From the IMG/VR virus record IMGVR_UViG_3300045988_094716, positions 47,865-111,864 of that record: a stretch of 64,000 nucleotides of DNA; one strand, given 5' to 3'. The position numbers and the translations under genes were made by a program. The notes beneath the pieces were generated by a model. That model was not told where the DNA came from. It searched no databases and saw only the letters and a list, made by a program, of their open reading frames with translations. This DNA comes from a virus. Below are positions 45,086 to 54,752 of the stretch, one piece after another. Positions within the stretch are counted from its first letter, which is position 1. Each line of letters starts with the position of its first letter.

Positions 45086-45172
45086 ATATGCCTAAAAACA
45101 AGCTAAAAGATTCCTTTTATTGGATGGGTGGAAACGATAAGAATGAAGTAAGCTACGGCTAAGGAGAAGATT

Positions 45173-45547
45173 ATGAAAACTTATTACGCAGTAACCGAAG
45201 GTGAATATTCAAATTATCGAATTATTACTATTACTGAAGATAAAGAAAAAGCGGAAAGAATCGCTGCAGCTTACGACGGTGATGTCGAAGAGTACGAGGA
45301 TTGTATTATAAATCCGATTGGCGTTTGGAAGGTTTATCACTACGAAAAAAATAGAAACTGGCTCGTAATCCATTCCCATAGAGATGTTGAAGATATTAAA
45401 GACAAAGAATGGGAGCCTGATTCGGTTCCTTACGGTAATGGAATGGTGTGGACTATTTATGTAACCGCTGAGAATAGAGAGCTTGCTCAAAAGATTGCTT
45501 ATGATAAGTATGCTCAGTGGAAAGCTGAACGGGAGGGGCGGGCATGA
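45173..45547 (+). CDS. hypothetical protein (124 aa)
   Basis: ORF with AAGGAG RBS. Confidence 0.5.
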   Translation: MKTYYAVTEGEYSNYRIITITEDKEKAERIAAAYDGDVEEYEDCIINPIGVWKVYHYEKNRNWLVIHSHRDVEDIKDKEWEPDSVPYGNGMVWTIYVTAENRELAQKIAYDKYAQWKAEREGRA

Positions 45548-45822
45548 ATCTTTCCAAGAAGTCTATTAAACACATTCTTCGGATTCTGGATAACAAATGT
45601 GTTGAGAATCCATCCAAAACCACAACAATTAGCTTCGGCGGCAATCGAATTCCAACTCGTGAATTCACGCCTAAGAATAAAGAAGCGTATGGATGGTGGA
45701 CTATTGTTTACGTTCCATCCGAAGGTTACTTTTGGGGAATCAAGAATGAAATGTCTGAGGAGTTTGGGATGGATTTGGATAGTCCAGATATCAATTCTCC
45801 TGCACAGCTTGCCGATTTGTGA
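45544..45822 (+). CDS. hypothetical protein (92 aa)
   Basis: ORF with GGGAGGGG RBS. Confidence 0.45.
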   Translation: MNLSKKSIKHILRILDNKCVENPSKTTTISFGGNRIPTREFTPKNKEAYGWWTIVYVPSEGYFWGIKNEMSEEFGMDLDSPDINSPAQLADL

Positions 45823-45830
45823 GGTGTAAA

Positions 45831-46043
45831 ATGCTACTTTTAACGCAAGGCGGAGAAATTATAAATCTTGACCGTATGGCAATCATTGATACCGCAAGCC
45901 TTAATGTTTATGCAAGGCAGGGCATGGGTGAGCGTGGAATTATCCTTGGTAGTTATAACTCTGAGAGTAGATGCTACGACGTTGTCGCACGTATTTTTGA
46001 TTGCTATCGGAAAAATGAGAAAGCATACATTATGCCAAAATAA
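45831..46043 (+). CDS. hypothetical protein (70 aa)
   Basis: ATG after GAGGTG RBS. Confidence 0.45.
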   Translation: MLLLTQGGEIINLDRMAIIDTASLNVYARQGMGERGIILGSYNSESRCYDVVARIFDCYRKNEKAYIMPK

Positions 46044-46096
46044 ATGATTTAAAAAAAACTAACCACCCCAAAGAAAGCAGAATAGGAAGATGCTAT

Positions 46097-46405
46097 ATGA
46101 AAAATATGTCAAAGAAAACTCGCAAAAAGGTTATGCGAATTATCAAAGCAAATTGCCATTCGAATGATGGGTGTTGGTGGGAACCATATAAAAGTAGTCG
46201 AATGTTCGCAATCTGGAAACATATTATAACGGAAGATCGTTTTGGCTTTGGCGAATTTGCAGCAGTATATGAGGATTTGGATGATAAATTTTCTCTATAC
46301 TTTTATGTTAACATCGTGTCTCCTGCACAGTTAACAAATCCACGTCTTCCAATCAATGTCAATAAACAGATTGTGAAGAAATTGGAAGAAGGTGGTTTTA
46401 TCTGA
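46097..46405 (+). CDS. hypothetical protein (102 aa)
   Basis: ORF with AGGAAG RBS. Confidence 0.45.
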   Translation: MKNMSKKTRKKVMRIIKANCHSNDGCWWEPYKSSRMFAIWKHIITEDRFGFGEFAAVYEDLDDKFSLYFYVNIVSPAQLTNPRLPINVNKQIVKKLEEGGFI

Positions 46406-46633
46406 CAGATTTCCAAAAACTAGCCGTCCCAAAGAAAGAACGACTTGAAGTTCAACTTACGGATGGCACAGATGAACACAATATATTGTACATAATTGCA
46501 TCTCTAGCCACTATTAAAGGCGCTGAGATTTTTAAAAATTTTCGTTTGTATTCTGTAGGCTCCGCCGGGGAGCTCAACTTATTAGAGAAGCAAGACGGCG
46601 ATCCCTACTTTGATAAGCTGAAAGGAACAGAAT

Positions 46634-46981
46634 ATGAGTAATTCGATGAATCGAGAAGACCGGCGCAGAGAACAGCGTAAGGCACGAATCCTTGCCCGGC
46701 GAATCAAGAAGGCTGGTGGCCCCGACTTTCTGGCTGGAATGCCAGTTGAAGAGTGGGAGCCAAAGATTGGTGATGAGGTCACCATTAAGGTAAAGAGGAT
46801 TCAAGGCAAGAAAGATTTCTTCAAGATGAGTCCGCAGTATCAGGACTTTATCAATAGCCTTGAAGACGGAAAGCCTTACAAAATCACCAGTACCGGCATG
46901 AAGGGTCAGGTTTACGGCATTGACGCACATCCTTATTTCCAGATTTGGAAGGGCGATATGGAACCCTATAAGGAGTCCTAA
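46634..46981 (+). CDS. hypothetical basic protein (115 aa)
   Basis: ORF with AAGGAA RBS. Confidence 0.45.
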   Translation: MSNSMNREDRRREQRKARILARRIKKAGGPDFLAGMPVEEWEPKIGDEVTIKVKRIQGKKDFFKMSPQYQDFINSLEDGKPYKITSTGMKGQVYGIDAHPYFQIWKGDMEPYKES

Positions 46982-47208
46982 TGAGGATGTACTTCAGGAC
47001 GGATTATAAAGAGTGGGGTCCGGCAGAAGCCACTTTGCAGAAAGGACACTGGTATAAGGTTCTTTGTGATGCTGGCGACTTCTACATAATTGACAACAGA
47101 CCAGAAAGTAACAAGTGTGGTCTGCGACTAGGAGAAATATCGTTTGTTGACAAAGAAGATCTCGAAGATGACGTATATGTCGTGACTGGCAAGAGTGAAA
47201 AACTTTAG
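46981..47208 (+). CDS. hypothetical protein (75 aa)
   Basis: ORF with AAGGAG RBS. Confidence 0.45.
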   Translation: MRMYFRTDYKEWGPAEATLQKGHWYKVLCDAGDFYIIDNRPESNKCGLRLGEISFVDKEDLEDDVYVVTGKSEKL

Positions 47209-47225
47209 GAAGGAGGTGGGGCGAT

Positions 47226-47423
47226 ATGATTGGTATTGACCATCGTGAGCAGGGTCGTAAGGAACGAGCCCTTGCAGAATATTACAGAACATTGGCTCGA
47301 TATCCGACTGAATGTGGAGAGCCAATTACATATCAGTTGTCAGAAGAGCAACTTAAATTGGTTCTCTGCGGAGAGGTTACTGTAGATGAGTTGATTGAAA
47401 GAGGTGAGGTAAGTGGCGGTTGA
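47226..47423 (+). CDS. hypothetical protein (65 aa)
   Basis: ORF with GGAAGGAGGTGG RBS. Confidence 0.45.
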   Translation: MIGIDHREQGRKERALAEYYRTLARYPTECGEPITYQLSEEQLKLVLCGEVTVDELIERGEVSGG

Positions 47424-47697
47424 CCAATACGGGAATTCATTTGGTGTTGGAGATTATGTGTTGATTACAGAGGTTCCATCTGGCCTCCCTTATTTTGCAA
47501 TGATTTCGGCTGTAAGGGTCGAAAAAATCGAAAAGGATAATCATCAAAAAGATATAGTTTATTTCGAACGATGGTATCCGATTGAACAACGTGGCGAACT
47601 TATTTACCGGGAAGCAGATGATTGTGTTGTGACAACTGAACATAATTATCTTGTTTCACTAAAACGTAGAGATGAATGGGATAAAAAGGTGAGATAA
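47413..47697 (+). CDS. hypothetical protein (94 aa, GTG start)
   Basis: ORF with GAGGTGAGG RBS. Confidence 0.4.
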   Translation: MAVDQYGNSFGVGDYVLITEVPSGLPYFAMISAVRVEKIEKDNHQKDIVYFERWYPIEQRGELIYREADDCVVTTEHNYLVSLKRRDEWDKKVR

Positions 47698-47862
47698 ATG
47701 AGAGACAGGATTAAGATGTGGATTGCTTTCATTAAGATTTTTAAGGATTATCTTATTGCGGTCGGAATCATGATTGCGTTGTGGCTGTTGTCTTGCCTTA
47801 TCAAGTATGGGATTTCAGTATCCAATTTTCCAGATTGGTTTAAGTTTGCACTTCTAAAGTAA
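47698..47862 (+). CDS. small membrane protein (54 aa)
   Basis: single hydrophobic helix IAVGIMIALWLLSCLI. Confidence 0.35.
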   Translation: MRDRIKMWIAFIKIFKDYLIAVGIMIALWLLSCLIKYGISVSNFPDWFKFALLK

Positions 47863-47873
47863 AGGAGGATTAA

Positions 47874-48665
47874 ATGGTAGTTAAACTGATTACACATACT
47901 CCTGATCCTGAAAAGGTGGTAGCCGCAGCCGCAAAACTGTGTTACTCCAATTCGAGTATTCAGAATTTGATGGATGGATTGACCGATGAGAAGGTTGATG
48001 AGTTTCTAAATCGACTTTCTAGCCTTGGTCACGCTAGTCCTACGGAGCATGTGACTTTTACTTTTGGAATCGAAGGTGTGAGCCGGTCTTTACTTGCCCA
48101 GATTACCCGGCATCGCATTGCATCATTCAGTGTACAGAGTCAGCGCTATGTGCGAATGAATAATGCGGAAATCATCATTCCTGATGTTATTGACGATGAT
48201 AGCGAAGCAAGAGAGGCATTTAAACAGGCAATTCAGACCGCTGAATATTCTTATAAGCACCTGTGTCAGATTCTTGAGGACAAAATTACTGAAGAACTGA
48301 TGGTTGCTGATTCTCGTTTGACTGAGAAAAAGGCACGCGTAAAAGCATCCAAGATTGCAAATGAGAACGCACGTTCTGTTCTGCCAAATGCTTGTTCCAC
48401 GAAGATGATTGTTACAATGAACGCTCGTTCGTTGAACAATTTCTTTAATCTGCGTTGCTGTGAACGTGCGCAGCCTGAAATAAAGGATCTTGCAACCGAG
48501 ATGCTAAAGCTGGTTTATCCGATTGCTCCTCATCTGTTCAAGTGTGCTGGTCCCAACTGCTGTGGCAATGGTTGTACCGAAGGAATGATGTCTTGTGGTA
48601 AGTTCCACGAGATTCGTGATAAATACGACAAACTGAAACAGGAGGCATTAAATGGAAACACTTGA
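47874..48665 (+). CDS. thyX: FAD-dependent thymidylate synthase ThyX
   Basis: ThyX signature RHRIASFSVQSQRY. Confidence 0.85.
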   Translation: MVVKLITHTPDPEKVVAAAAKLCYSNSSIQNLMDGLTDEKVDEFLNRLSSLGHASPTEHVTFTFGIEGVSRSLLAQITRHRIASFSVQSQRYVRMNNAEIIIPDVIDDDSEAREAFKQAIQTAEYSYKHLCQILEDKITEELMVADSRLTEKKARVKASKIANENARSVLPNACSTKMIVTMNARSLNNFFNLRCCERAQPEIKDLATEMLKLVYPIAPHLFKCAGPNCCGNGCTEGMMSCGKFHEIRDKYDKLKQEALNGNT

Positions 48666-49092
48666 CGAAATTAAGAAGAACGTAGACCATCCAGTCCATT
48701 ACGGCGGTGCAGACAATCCCTACGAAGCCATTAAAGTGCTGCGAGAGTGGCAGTTGGACAAAGATGCTTATCTTTGGAATGTTGGTAAGTATTTGAGCCG
48801 GGCAGGACACAAAGATGGCAATTCTCAGCTTCAAGATTTAACGAAGGCACGTTGGTATTTAGACTATAAAATCCGGCTTTTAGAGGAACAGCAGAAGGTT
48901 GCTGAAAGTGTCGTAGATACGCTCAAGAAAGTCCCTAACGAGGTAACTGATAAGCTGACTACGATGTCGGATTACATTCCTCGTCATGCAAAGCCCGACT
49001 ATACGGATGATTTGGTTTTCTGTCCAGAAATCCATGCTCCAAACATCGAAACTGCCGTGGTCCCTGATTGTGCCGATGAGGTCAAGTTTTAA
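48652..49092 (+). CDS. hypothetical protein, possibly DUF3310-like (146 aa)
   Basis: HPVHYGGADNPYEAIKV motif. Confidence 0.4.
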   Translation: METLDEIKKNVDHPVHYGGADNPYEAIKVLREWQLDKDAYLWNVGKYLSRAGHKDGNSQLQDLTKARWYLDYKIRLLEEQQKVAESVVDTLKKVPNEVTDKLTTMSDYIPRHAKPDYTDDLVFCPEIHAPNIETAVVPDCADEVKF

Positions 49093-49217
49093 GAGGTTTA
49101 CATAAATGAGAATGAGATACAACTGGGAAGAACCATTTGCAGCATTTGCCCTGTTTGTTACAATGTTGATTTTTGGCTTTGCCAAATTTGTTTTAAGATA
49201 ATCAAGGAGAAAAATAC

Positions 49218-50741
49218 ATGAATATGATGTTTATTGCAATTCCTGTCGTTGTTGTCTTTCTGATCGCCTTTGCATTTACTTGCTATAAGAAGGCTCCTCC
49301 TACTCAGGCAATCGTCGTAACAGGTTTTGGTCTGTCTAAGCCGAAAGTTATCTGTGGTCGTGGCGTGTTCGTCCTTCCGGTTATTCAGCGAGCTGACCGT
49401 CTGAATATGCGATTGCTCAAGATTGATGTCAAGACTCCTGAAACCGGTGTAAAGACTAAAGAGGGTGTTTCTCTGTGGCTGGACTCTGTTGTTACTGTTC
49501 AGGTTTACTCTGAGAACTCTACTGTAACTGATGATGAGATTAAGAGTGCCGGTTGTGAGGATGCAAAGACTTACATTAGTGCTCGTCAGCAGGCTGCTAT
49601 TTCCAACTTCCTTGGCATGAGTGAAGATGGCATTAACGAGAAGATCAACGATGTCCTTCAGGGCAATCTGCGAGAGATTGTTTCTGAGATGACTGTCAAC
49701 GATATCCTGACCAATCGTAAACAGATGGCAATTTCCGTTGTTGAGAATGCTCGTCCTGATTTAGCAAAGATGGGTCTGGAAGTTGTTACTTTCAATGTTC
49801 AGGATATTAAGGATGCTATTGATGCTCAGGGTCATAATCATGGTGTCATTGAGGCAATTGGTGTTCAGCAGGAAGAGCTGGTAAAGAAACAGGCAGAGAT
49901 TGCTAAGGCCGAAGCCGCTCGTGATATTGCTCGTGCTAAGGCGGATACTGCTCGTGAATCAAATGAAAAGGAAATTGAATCCAAGACCGCTATTGCACAG
50001 CGCAACAATGAGTATCTTCTGACTCAGGCCGCTCTGAAGGCGGAGGCTGATAAGGCAAATGCTGATGCAGAAGCTGCTGGTGAGATTCAAATGAATCTGC
50101 GTGATAAGGAAATTAAGGAAGCTGAAGCTGACGCAGCTATTGCAAAGCAGAAGAAGATGGTTGAGTTGGCCGCTCAGGAAGCAGAAGTTCGTCAGCAAAA
50201 GCTGGATGCGGAGATTCGCAAGCAGGCAGACGCCGACCTGTATAAGCGTCAGAAGGAAGCTGAAGCAAAGAAGTACGAAGCAGAGCGTTCTGCAGAATCC
50301 GCAAAGTTCGCTAAGGAACAGGAGGCAGAAGGCATCCGTATGGTTGGCATGGCGGAAGCTGAGGCCATCAAGCAGAAGGGTCTTGCTGAAGCAGAAGCTA
50401 TGCTGAAGAAGGCTGAAGCTTACAAGCAGTACAATGGTGCGGCTATGGGTGAAATGATCATTAAGATTCTTCCTAGCATTGCAGCTGAGGTTGCAAAGCC
50501 GCTGGCGTCCATTGACAAGGTTTCCATCATTGGCAGTAACGCAAATGGTGTTTCTGAGATTTCCGGCAATGTCCCAGCAGTCATGGCTCAGACTTTTGAG
50601 GCCGTTCGTGAAGCAACTGGCATTGATATGAAGGAAATTGTCCGTGCCAACAGTTACGATGCAAAGGTCACTAAGAATGTGAACCTTGTAAGCGATTCGA
50701 CGATTGTTTCTGAAAAGAACGATGCGCAGGATGCTGAGTAA
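49218..50741 (+). CDS. flotillin-like protein (SPFH/band-7 domain + Ala/Glu-rich flotillin repeats)
   Basis: N-terminal TM segment, SPFH core, then long AEAxAKAxA coiled-coil typical of FloT/YuaG. Confidence 0.75.
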   Translation: MNMMFIAIPVVVVFLIAFAFTCYKKAPPTQAIVVTGFGLSKPKVICGRGVFVLPVIQRADRLNMRLLKIDVKTPETGVKTKEGVSLWLDSVVTVQVYSENSTVTDDEIKSAGCEDAKTYISARQQAAISNFLGMSEDGINEKINDVLQGNLREIVSEMTVNDILTNRKQMAISVVENARPDLAKMGLEVVTFNVQDIKDAIDAQGHNHGVIEAIGVQQEELVKKQAEIAKAEAARDIARAKADTARESNEKEIESKTAIAQRNNEYLLTQAALKAEADKANADAEAAGEIQMNLRDKEIKEAEADAAIAKQKKMVELAAQEAEVRQQKLDAEIRKQADADLYKRQKEAEAKKYEAERSAESAKFAKEQEAEGIRMVGMAEAEAIKQKGLAEAEAMLKKAEAYKQYNGAAMGEMIIKILPSIAAEVAKPLASIDKVSIIGSNANGVSEISGNVPAVMAQTFEAVREATGIDMKEIVRANSYDAKVTKNVNLVSDSTIVSEKNDAQDAE

Positions 50742-50752
50742 GAGGTGATTAC

Positions 50753-52954
50753 ATGGAATATGTGATTAAACGCGATGGAACGGAAGTCCCTTTTGATAAA
50801 AGTAAGATTGTGAATGCAGTCGAGAAGGCGATGACCTGTACACCGGGTGGTATCGACGCTCGTGTGTCGAATGCGATTGCTGACTATATCGCAGACATGC
50901 CGGGCATTCTTTCTGTTGAGCAGATTCAGGATATCGTAGTGGACAGTCTAGCAAATAGCCCGTTTATTGACGTTGCAAATGCATATAGTCAGTGGCGGCA
51001 GTATCGTCAGGAAATTCGAGATAAAGAGAAAACCAACGCAAGTATTCTTGAAATTCTTGATGCCCAGAACGACGCAATCAATCAGGAAAACAGTAATAAG
51101 AACGCAACCATCAATAGCACGCAACGTGATTACATGGCCGGAGAGGTATCTAAGGAACTAACTGACAGACTTCTACTTCCAAAGGATATCCGAGATGCAC
51201 ACAAAAGTGGTTTAATTCATGTGCATGATAAAGATTATTTTGTGATGCACTGCCATAATTGCGATCTGGTCAATCTTGAAGATATGCTCCAGAACGGCAC
51301 CGTCATCTCCGGCACCTATATTGAAAAACCTCACAGCTTTTCCACCGCCTGCAACATTGCCACCCAGATCATTGCACAGGTAGCTTCGATGCAATTTGGA
51401 GGTCAGAGTATTACACTTTCACATCTGGCTCCATTCGTAGATGTTTCCCGCAAGAAGATCACAAGTGAAGTACACCAAGAATTTTACGAGATGGTTCAGA
51501 ATAATGAAATCGATAAGATGCCGGAGTCTGAAACTATCAATCGAATTGTAGAAGAGCGTTTACATAAAGAAATTGCTCGTGGCGTGCAGACCATCCAGTA
51601 TCAGGTCGTCACTTTGATGACGACAAACGGTCAGGCCCCTTTTATCACCGTGTTTATGTACCTCGATGAAGTTCCAGAAGGTCAGACTCGTGATGATTTG
51701 GCTCTAATTGTTGAAGAAGTGTTAAAACAGCGCATTCAGGGTGTAAAGAATGAAGTTGGTGTATGGGTCACTCCGGCCTTCCCAAAGCTCATTTATGCTC
51801 TTGATGAGGATAACATTCATTCTGATTCTAAGTATTATTACCTGACTGAGCTGGCAGCTAAGTGTACTGCCAAGCGAATGGTTCCTGATTATATTTCCGC
51901 AAAGGTTATGAAGGAGCTTAAAGGCGGTGTGTGGCCTAGCATGGGCTGTAGATCCTTCCTTACTCCTGACCGCACCACTGAGAACGTAGCTAATGCCAAG
52001 AATTGGGTTAAGTGGCATAAGTATTATGGCCGCTTCAATCAGGGCGTCGTGACCATCAATCTGGTGGACGTGGCTTGCAGTTCAGAAGGGGACAAGGATA
52101 AATTCTGGAAAATCTTCGATGAACGACTCGAATTGTGTCATCGAGCTCTACAGATTCGTCACAAGCGTCTACTCGGCACTCCTTCTGATATGGCCCCTAT
52201 CCTGTGGCAGTACGGTGCATTAGCTCGTCTAAAGAAGGGCGAGAAGATCGACAAGTTGCTCTTCGGCGGCTACTCTACCATCAGCCTGGGTTATGCCGGT
52301 CTGTATGAGTGTGTGAAGTATATGACCGGCAAGAGCCACACCGATCCTGATGCTAAACCTTTTGCTCTCGAAATTATGCGGCACATGAATGATAAGTGTA
52401 ACGAGTGGAAGGCCGCTGAAAACATCGATTACTCTCTGTATGGTACTCCTTTGGAGTCCACTACATATGAATTTGCACGTTGCTTGCAGAAGCGGTTTGG
52501 TATGATTCCAGATATTACTGACCATGACTACGTAACAAATTCTTATCATGTCGTTGTCCGTGAACATATCGATGCTTTCACTAAGCTAAAGTTTGAGAGC
52601 GAGTTCCAGAAGCTTTCTCCAGGAGGGGCGATTAGCTATATCGAGGTGCCAAATCTGCAGCAGAACATTCCTGCGGTGCTTAGTGTTATGCAGTTCATTT
52701 ACGACAACATCATGTATGCGGAGCTGAACACCAAGTCCGACTACTGCCAGTGCTGCGGCTACGACGGCGAAATTAAAATTGTAGAAGATGAGAAAAACCA
52801 CAAGCTTGTATGGGAGTGCCCGAATTGTGGTAATCGTGACCAGAACAAAATGAATGTCGTAAGACGTACTTGTGGTTACCTGGGAACCAATTTTTGGAAT
52901 CAGGGGCGCACTCAGGAAATTCGAGATCGAGTGGTTCATTTGAGCGACAATTAA
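50753..52954 (+). CDS. nrdD: anaerobic ribonucleoside-triphosphate reductase NrdD
   Basis: N-terminal ATP-cone; C-terminal zinc ribbon CQCCGY...CPNCG; glycyl-radical motif RRTCGYLG. Confidence 0.9.
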   Translation: MEYVIKRDGTEVPFDKSKIVNAVEKAMTCTPGGIDARVSNAIADYIADMPGILSVEQIQDIVVDSLANSPFIDVANAYSQWRQYRQEIRDKEKTNASILEILDAQNDAINQENSNKNATINSTQRDYMAGEVSKELTDRLLLPKDIRDAHKSGLIHVHDKDYFVMHCHNCDLVNLEDMLQNGTVISGTYIEKPHSFSTACNIATQIIAQVASMQFGGQSITLSHLAPFVDVSRKKITSEVHQEFYEMVQNNEIDKMPESETINRIVEERLHKEIARGVQTIQYQVVTLMTTNGQAPFITVFMYLDEVPEGQTRDDLALIVEEVLKQRIQGVKNEVGVWVTPAFPKLIYALDEDNIHSDSKYYYLTELAAKCTAKRMVPDYISAKVMKELKGGVWPSMGCRSFLTPDRTTENVANAKNWVKWHKYYGRFNQGVVTINLVDVACSSEGDKDKFWKIFDERLELCHRALQIRHKRLLGTPSDMAPILWQYGALARLKKGEKIDKLLFGGYSTISLGYAGLYECVKYMTGKSHTDPDAKPFALEIMRHMNDKCNEWKAAENIDYSLYGTPLESTTYEFARCLQKRFGMIPDITDHDYVTNSYHVVVREHIDAFTKLKFESEFQKLSPGGAISYIEVPNLQQNIPAVLSVMQFIYDNIMYAELNTKSDYCQCCGYDGEIKIVEDEKNHKLVWECPNCGNRDQNKMNVVRRTCGYLGTNFWNQGRTQEIRDRVVHLSDN

Positions 52955-52991
52955 ATAATGTATAAGCGGTGGGTTGGTGGGGTTACATAAA

Positions 52992-53213
52992 ATGAAAATT
53001 CTAAAAAAGGAAAAAGAAACAGTTGAATTTGAAAGTATCGAGCAAGGCAAGCCATTTTATTACGGAAGCAATAAGACATTATGCATGAAAGTTTCTACTA
53101 TAACAGAAAATAACTGCCATGCAAATGCAGTAAAACTTGCAAATGGGGTACTAATCCGCCTGTACGACTCTGAGATGGTTGTTCCAGCTTGTGTCCATAT
53201 CGAGGACGATTGA
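52992..53213 (+). CDS. hypothetical protein (73 aa)
   Basis: ATG in ORF 52974..53213. Confidence 0.4.
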   Translation: MKILKKEKETVEFESIEQGKPFYYGSNKTLCMKVSTITENNCHANAVKLANGVLIRLYDSEMVVPACVHIEDD

Positions 53214-53219
53214 CCGGAG

Positions 53220-53447
53220 GTGATTAGCATAGAAGTGTGGAAGAATTTCTTTAAGGCACTTGGTTCTTTTCTCAGAATTGTTCTGATTCTGGTGGCTACA
53301 TATTTTACTTCGTGGATTGCCACGATTGGTATTATCTGGCTGATTTTTAAGCTGTTGAACATCACTTTTACAGTTAAGGTTGCAACAGGTATTTGGTTGG
53401 CTCTTATTTTGCTTGAGTGCTTCATTAAGGGCAGTCGAAGCAAGTAA
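53220..53447 (+). CDS. small membrane protein (75 aa)
   Basis: two hydrophobic helices; ACCGGAGG RBS. Confidence 0.45.
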   Translation: MISIEVWKNFFKALGSFLRIVLILVATYFTSWIATIGIIWLIFKLLNITFTVKVATGIWLALILLECFIKGSRSK

Positions 53448-53488
53448 ACTAACTAGCAGGGTGGGTGTGGTGGCATGAAAGGAGCTAT

Positions 53489-53665
53489 ATGGATTATTGG
53501 TCTGTTGAAATAATGTACTACGATGATGGACATCAGGCATTCAACACATATATGGTCAAGGCACAGGATCAGAATGATGCTATAAATAAGGCATATTATC
53601 GTTTTGAAAAATCTCATCCCGATATGAGCTGCATGGTTCAGAATGTAGAGAAGGCAGGTGGCTAA
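53489..53665 (+). CDS. hypothetical protein (58 aa)
   Basis: ATG after GAAAGGAG RBS. Confidence 0.4.
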   Translation: MDYWSVEIMYYDDGHQAFNTYMVKAQDQNDAINKAYYRFEKSHPDMSCMVQNVEKAGG

Positions 53666-53666
53666 G

Positions 53667-53921
53667 ATGGACTTTAAATGTAAGTGTGGCAGGGGATCTT
53701 TCTTTATCCAGAGTAAAGGTAGCCAGATTGGTCTGTATTGCTCTACTTGTGGCAAGTGGCAGAAATGGCTCACTAAGAATGAAGTGAGACAGTTTGAGTA
53801 CGAGACGAATACATTGGATTCAAAAGAAAACAATTCTGAGGATGACTTTTACGAAAAATTTGCTTTAACTCCATGGGGTTGTCTACATTACTTCGGATCG
53901 ACGACAACTACTTCACCCTAA
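53667..53921 (+). CDS. zinc-ribbon protein (84 aa)
   Basis: CKCG...CSTCG. Confidence 0.4.
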   Translation: MDFKCKCGRGSFFIQSKGSQIGLYCSTCGKWQKWLTKNEVRQFEYETNTLDSKENNSEDDFYEKFALTPWGCLHYFGSTTTTSP

Positions 53922-53978
53922 ATACGGCTGAAATAGTCATCGTGCTTTTATAAAAGTGCCGTTTTGTGAGGTAAATAT

Positions 53979-54377
53979 ATGAAGAAATGGACAAAAAAGC
54001 AGCTTGAGGCTGAAGGATACGAAATTTGGAATGCAGAAATTAAGAATGTGTCTCTTAGTATGGAAGATCACGCTTGCCTTGTTTCTTATCTGAGTCTTGA
54101 TGGTCATGGCCCTTGTTGTTGCTATGGTGGCTACGTCCTTGGTAAAGGATATGTAGGAGCAAAAGACTTTAAAGGTTATGCTTCCGGCATTGAGGCCATC
54201 ATGCGGATTATGGATACGGTTGGCTGTAGTACGTATGAGGGCATGAAAGGGAAATACGTCCGTGTTGCAACTAAAGGTTGGGGCAGTACAGTAAAGATTA
54301 TCGGCAATATTCTTGAGGATAAGTGGTTTGATTATGAATCTTTTTTTGATGATAAAGAGAAAGAGGAGGCTGGCTAA
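53979..54377 (+). CDS. hypothetical protein (132 aa)
   Basis: ORF with GAGGT RBS. Confidence 0.45.
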   Translation: MKKWTKKQLEAEGYEIWNAEIKNVSLSMEDHACLVSYLSLDGHGPCCCYGGYVLGKGYVGAKDFKGYASGIEAIMRIMDTVGCSTYEGMKGKYVRVATKGWGSTVKIIGNILEDKWFDYESFFDDKEKEEAG

Positions 54378-54378
54378 T

Positions 54379-54747
54379 ATGGATGCGGATGAGTTCATTA
54401 TTAACGTAATTGCAAAGAAAAACAACGGAACAATTGAACTCTCTGTTCCTGATGATGTATTCAATCAAGCTGAACGTATTCTTTTGAAAAACGAACAAGG
54501 CGTATTTTGCAAGACTTTCCAAGCGGAATCCTTTGGCAGTGATTCGTGGATTAGCATAAAAGAAGATTTGCCCAAAACTAATCCAAAGACTTGTGAAAGC
54601 GAGCCTGTTCTTGTTTATGACCCAGAAATGGGGAAGGCGGTAGTATTTTATCACGAGAATGGGCACTGGTATGATATTGTTGACCGTAATTGGTGTCGTG
54701 TAGAGCCAACTCGTTGGATGTTTTTGCCCGATGATCCACAGGAGTAA
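54379..54747 (+). CDS. hypothetical protein (122 aa)
   Basis: ATG after GAGGAGG RBS. Confidence 0.45.
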   Translation: MDADEFIINVIAKKNNGTIELSVPDDVFNQAERILLKNEQGVFCKTFQAESFGSDSWISIKEDLPKTNPKTCESEPVLVYDPEMGKAVVFYHENGHWYDIVDRNWCRVEPTRWMFLPDDPQE

Positions 54748-54752
54748 TTGAC

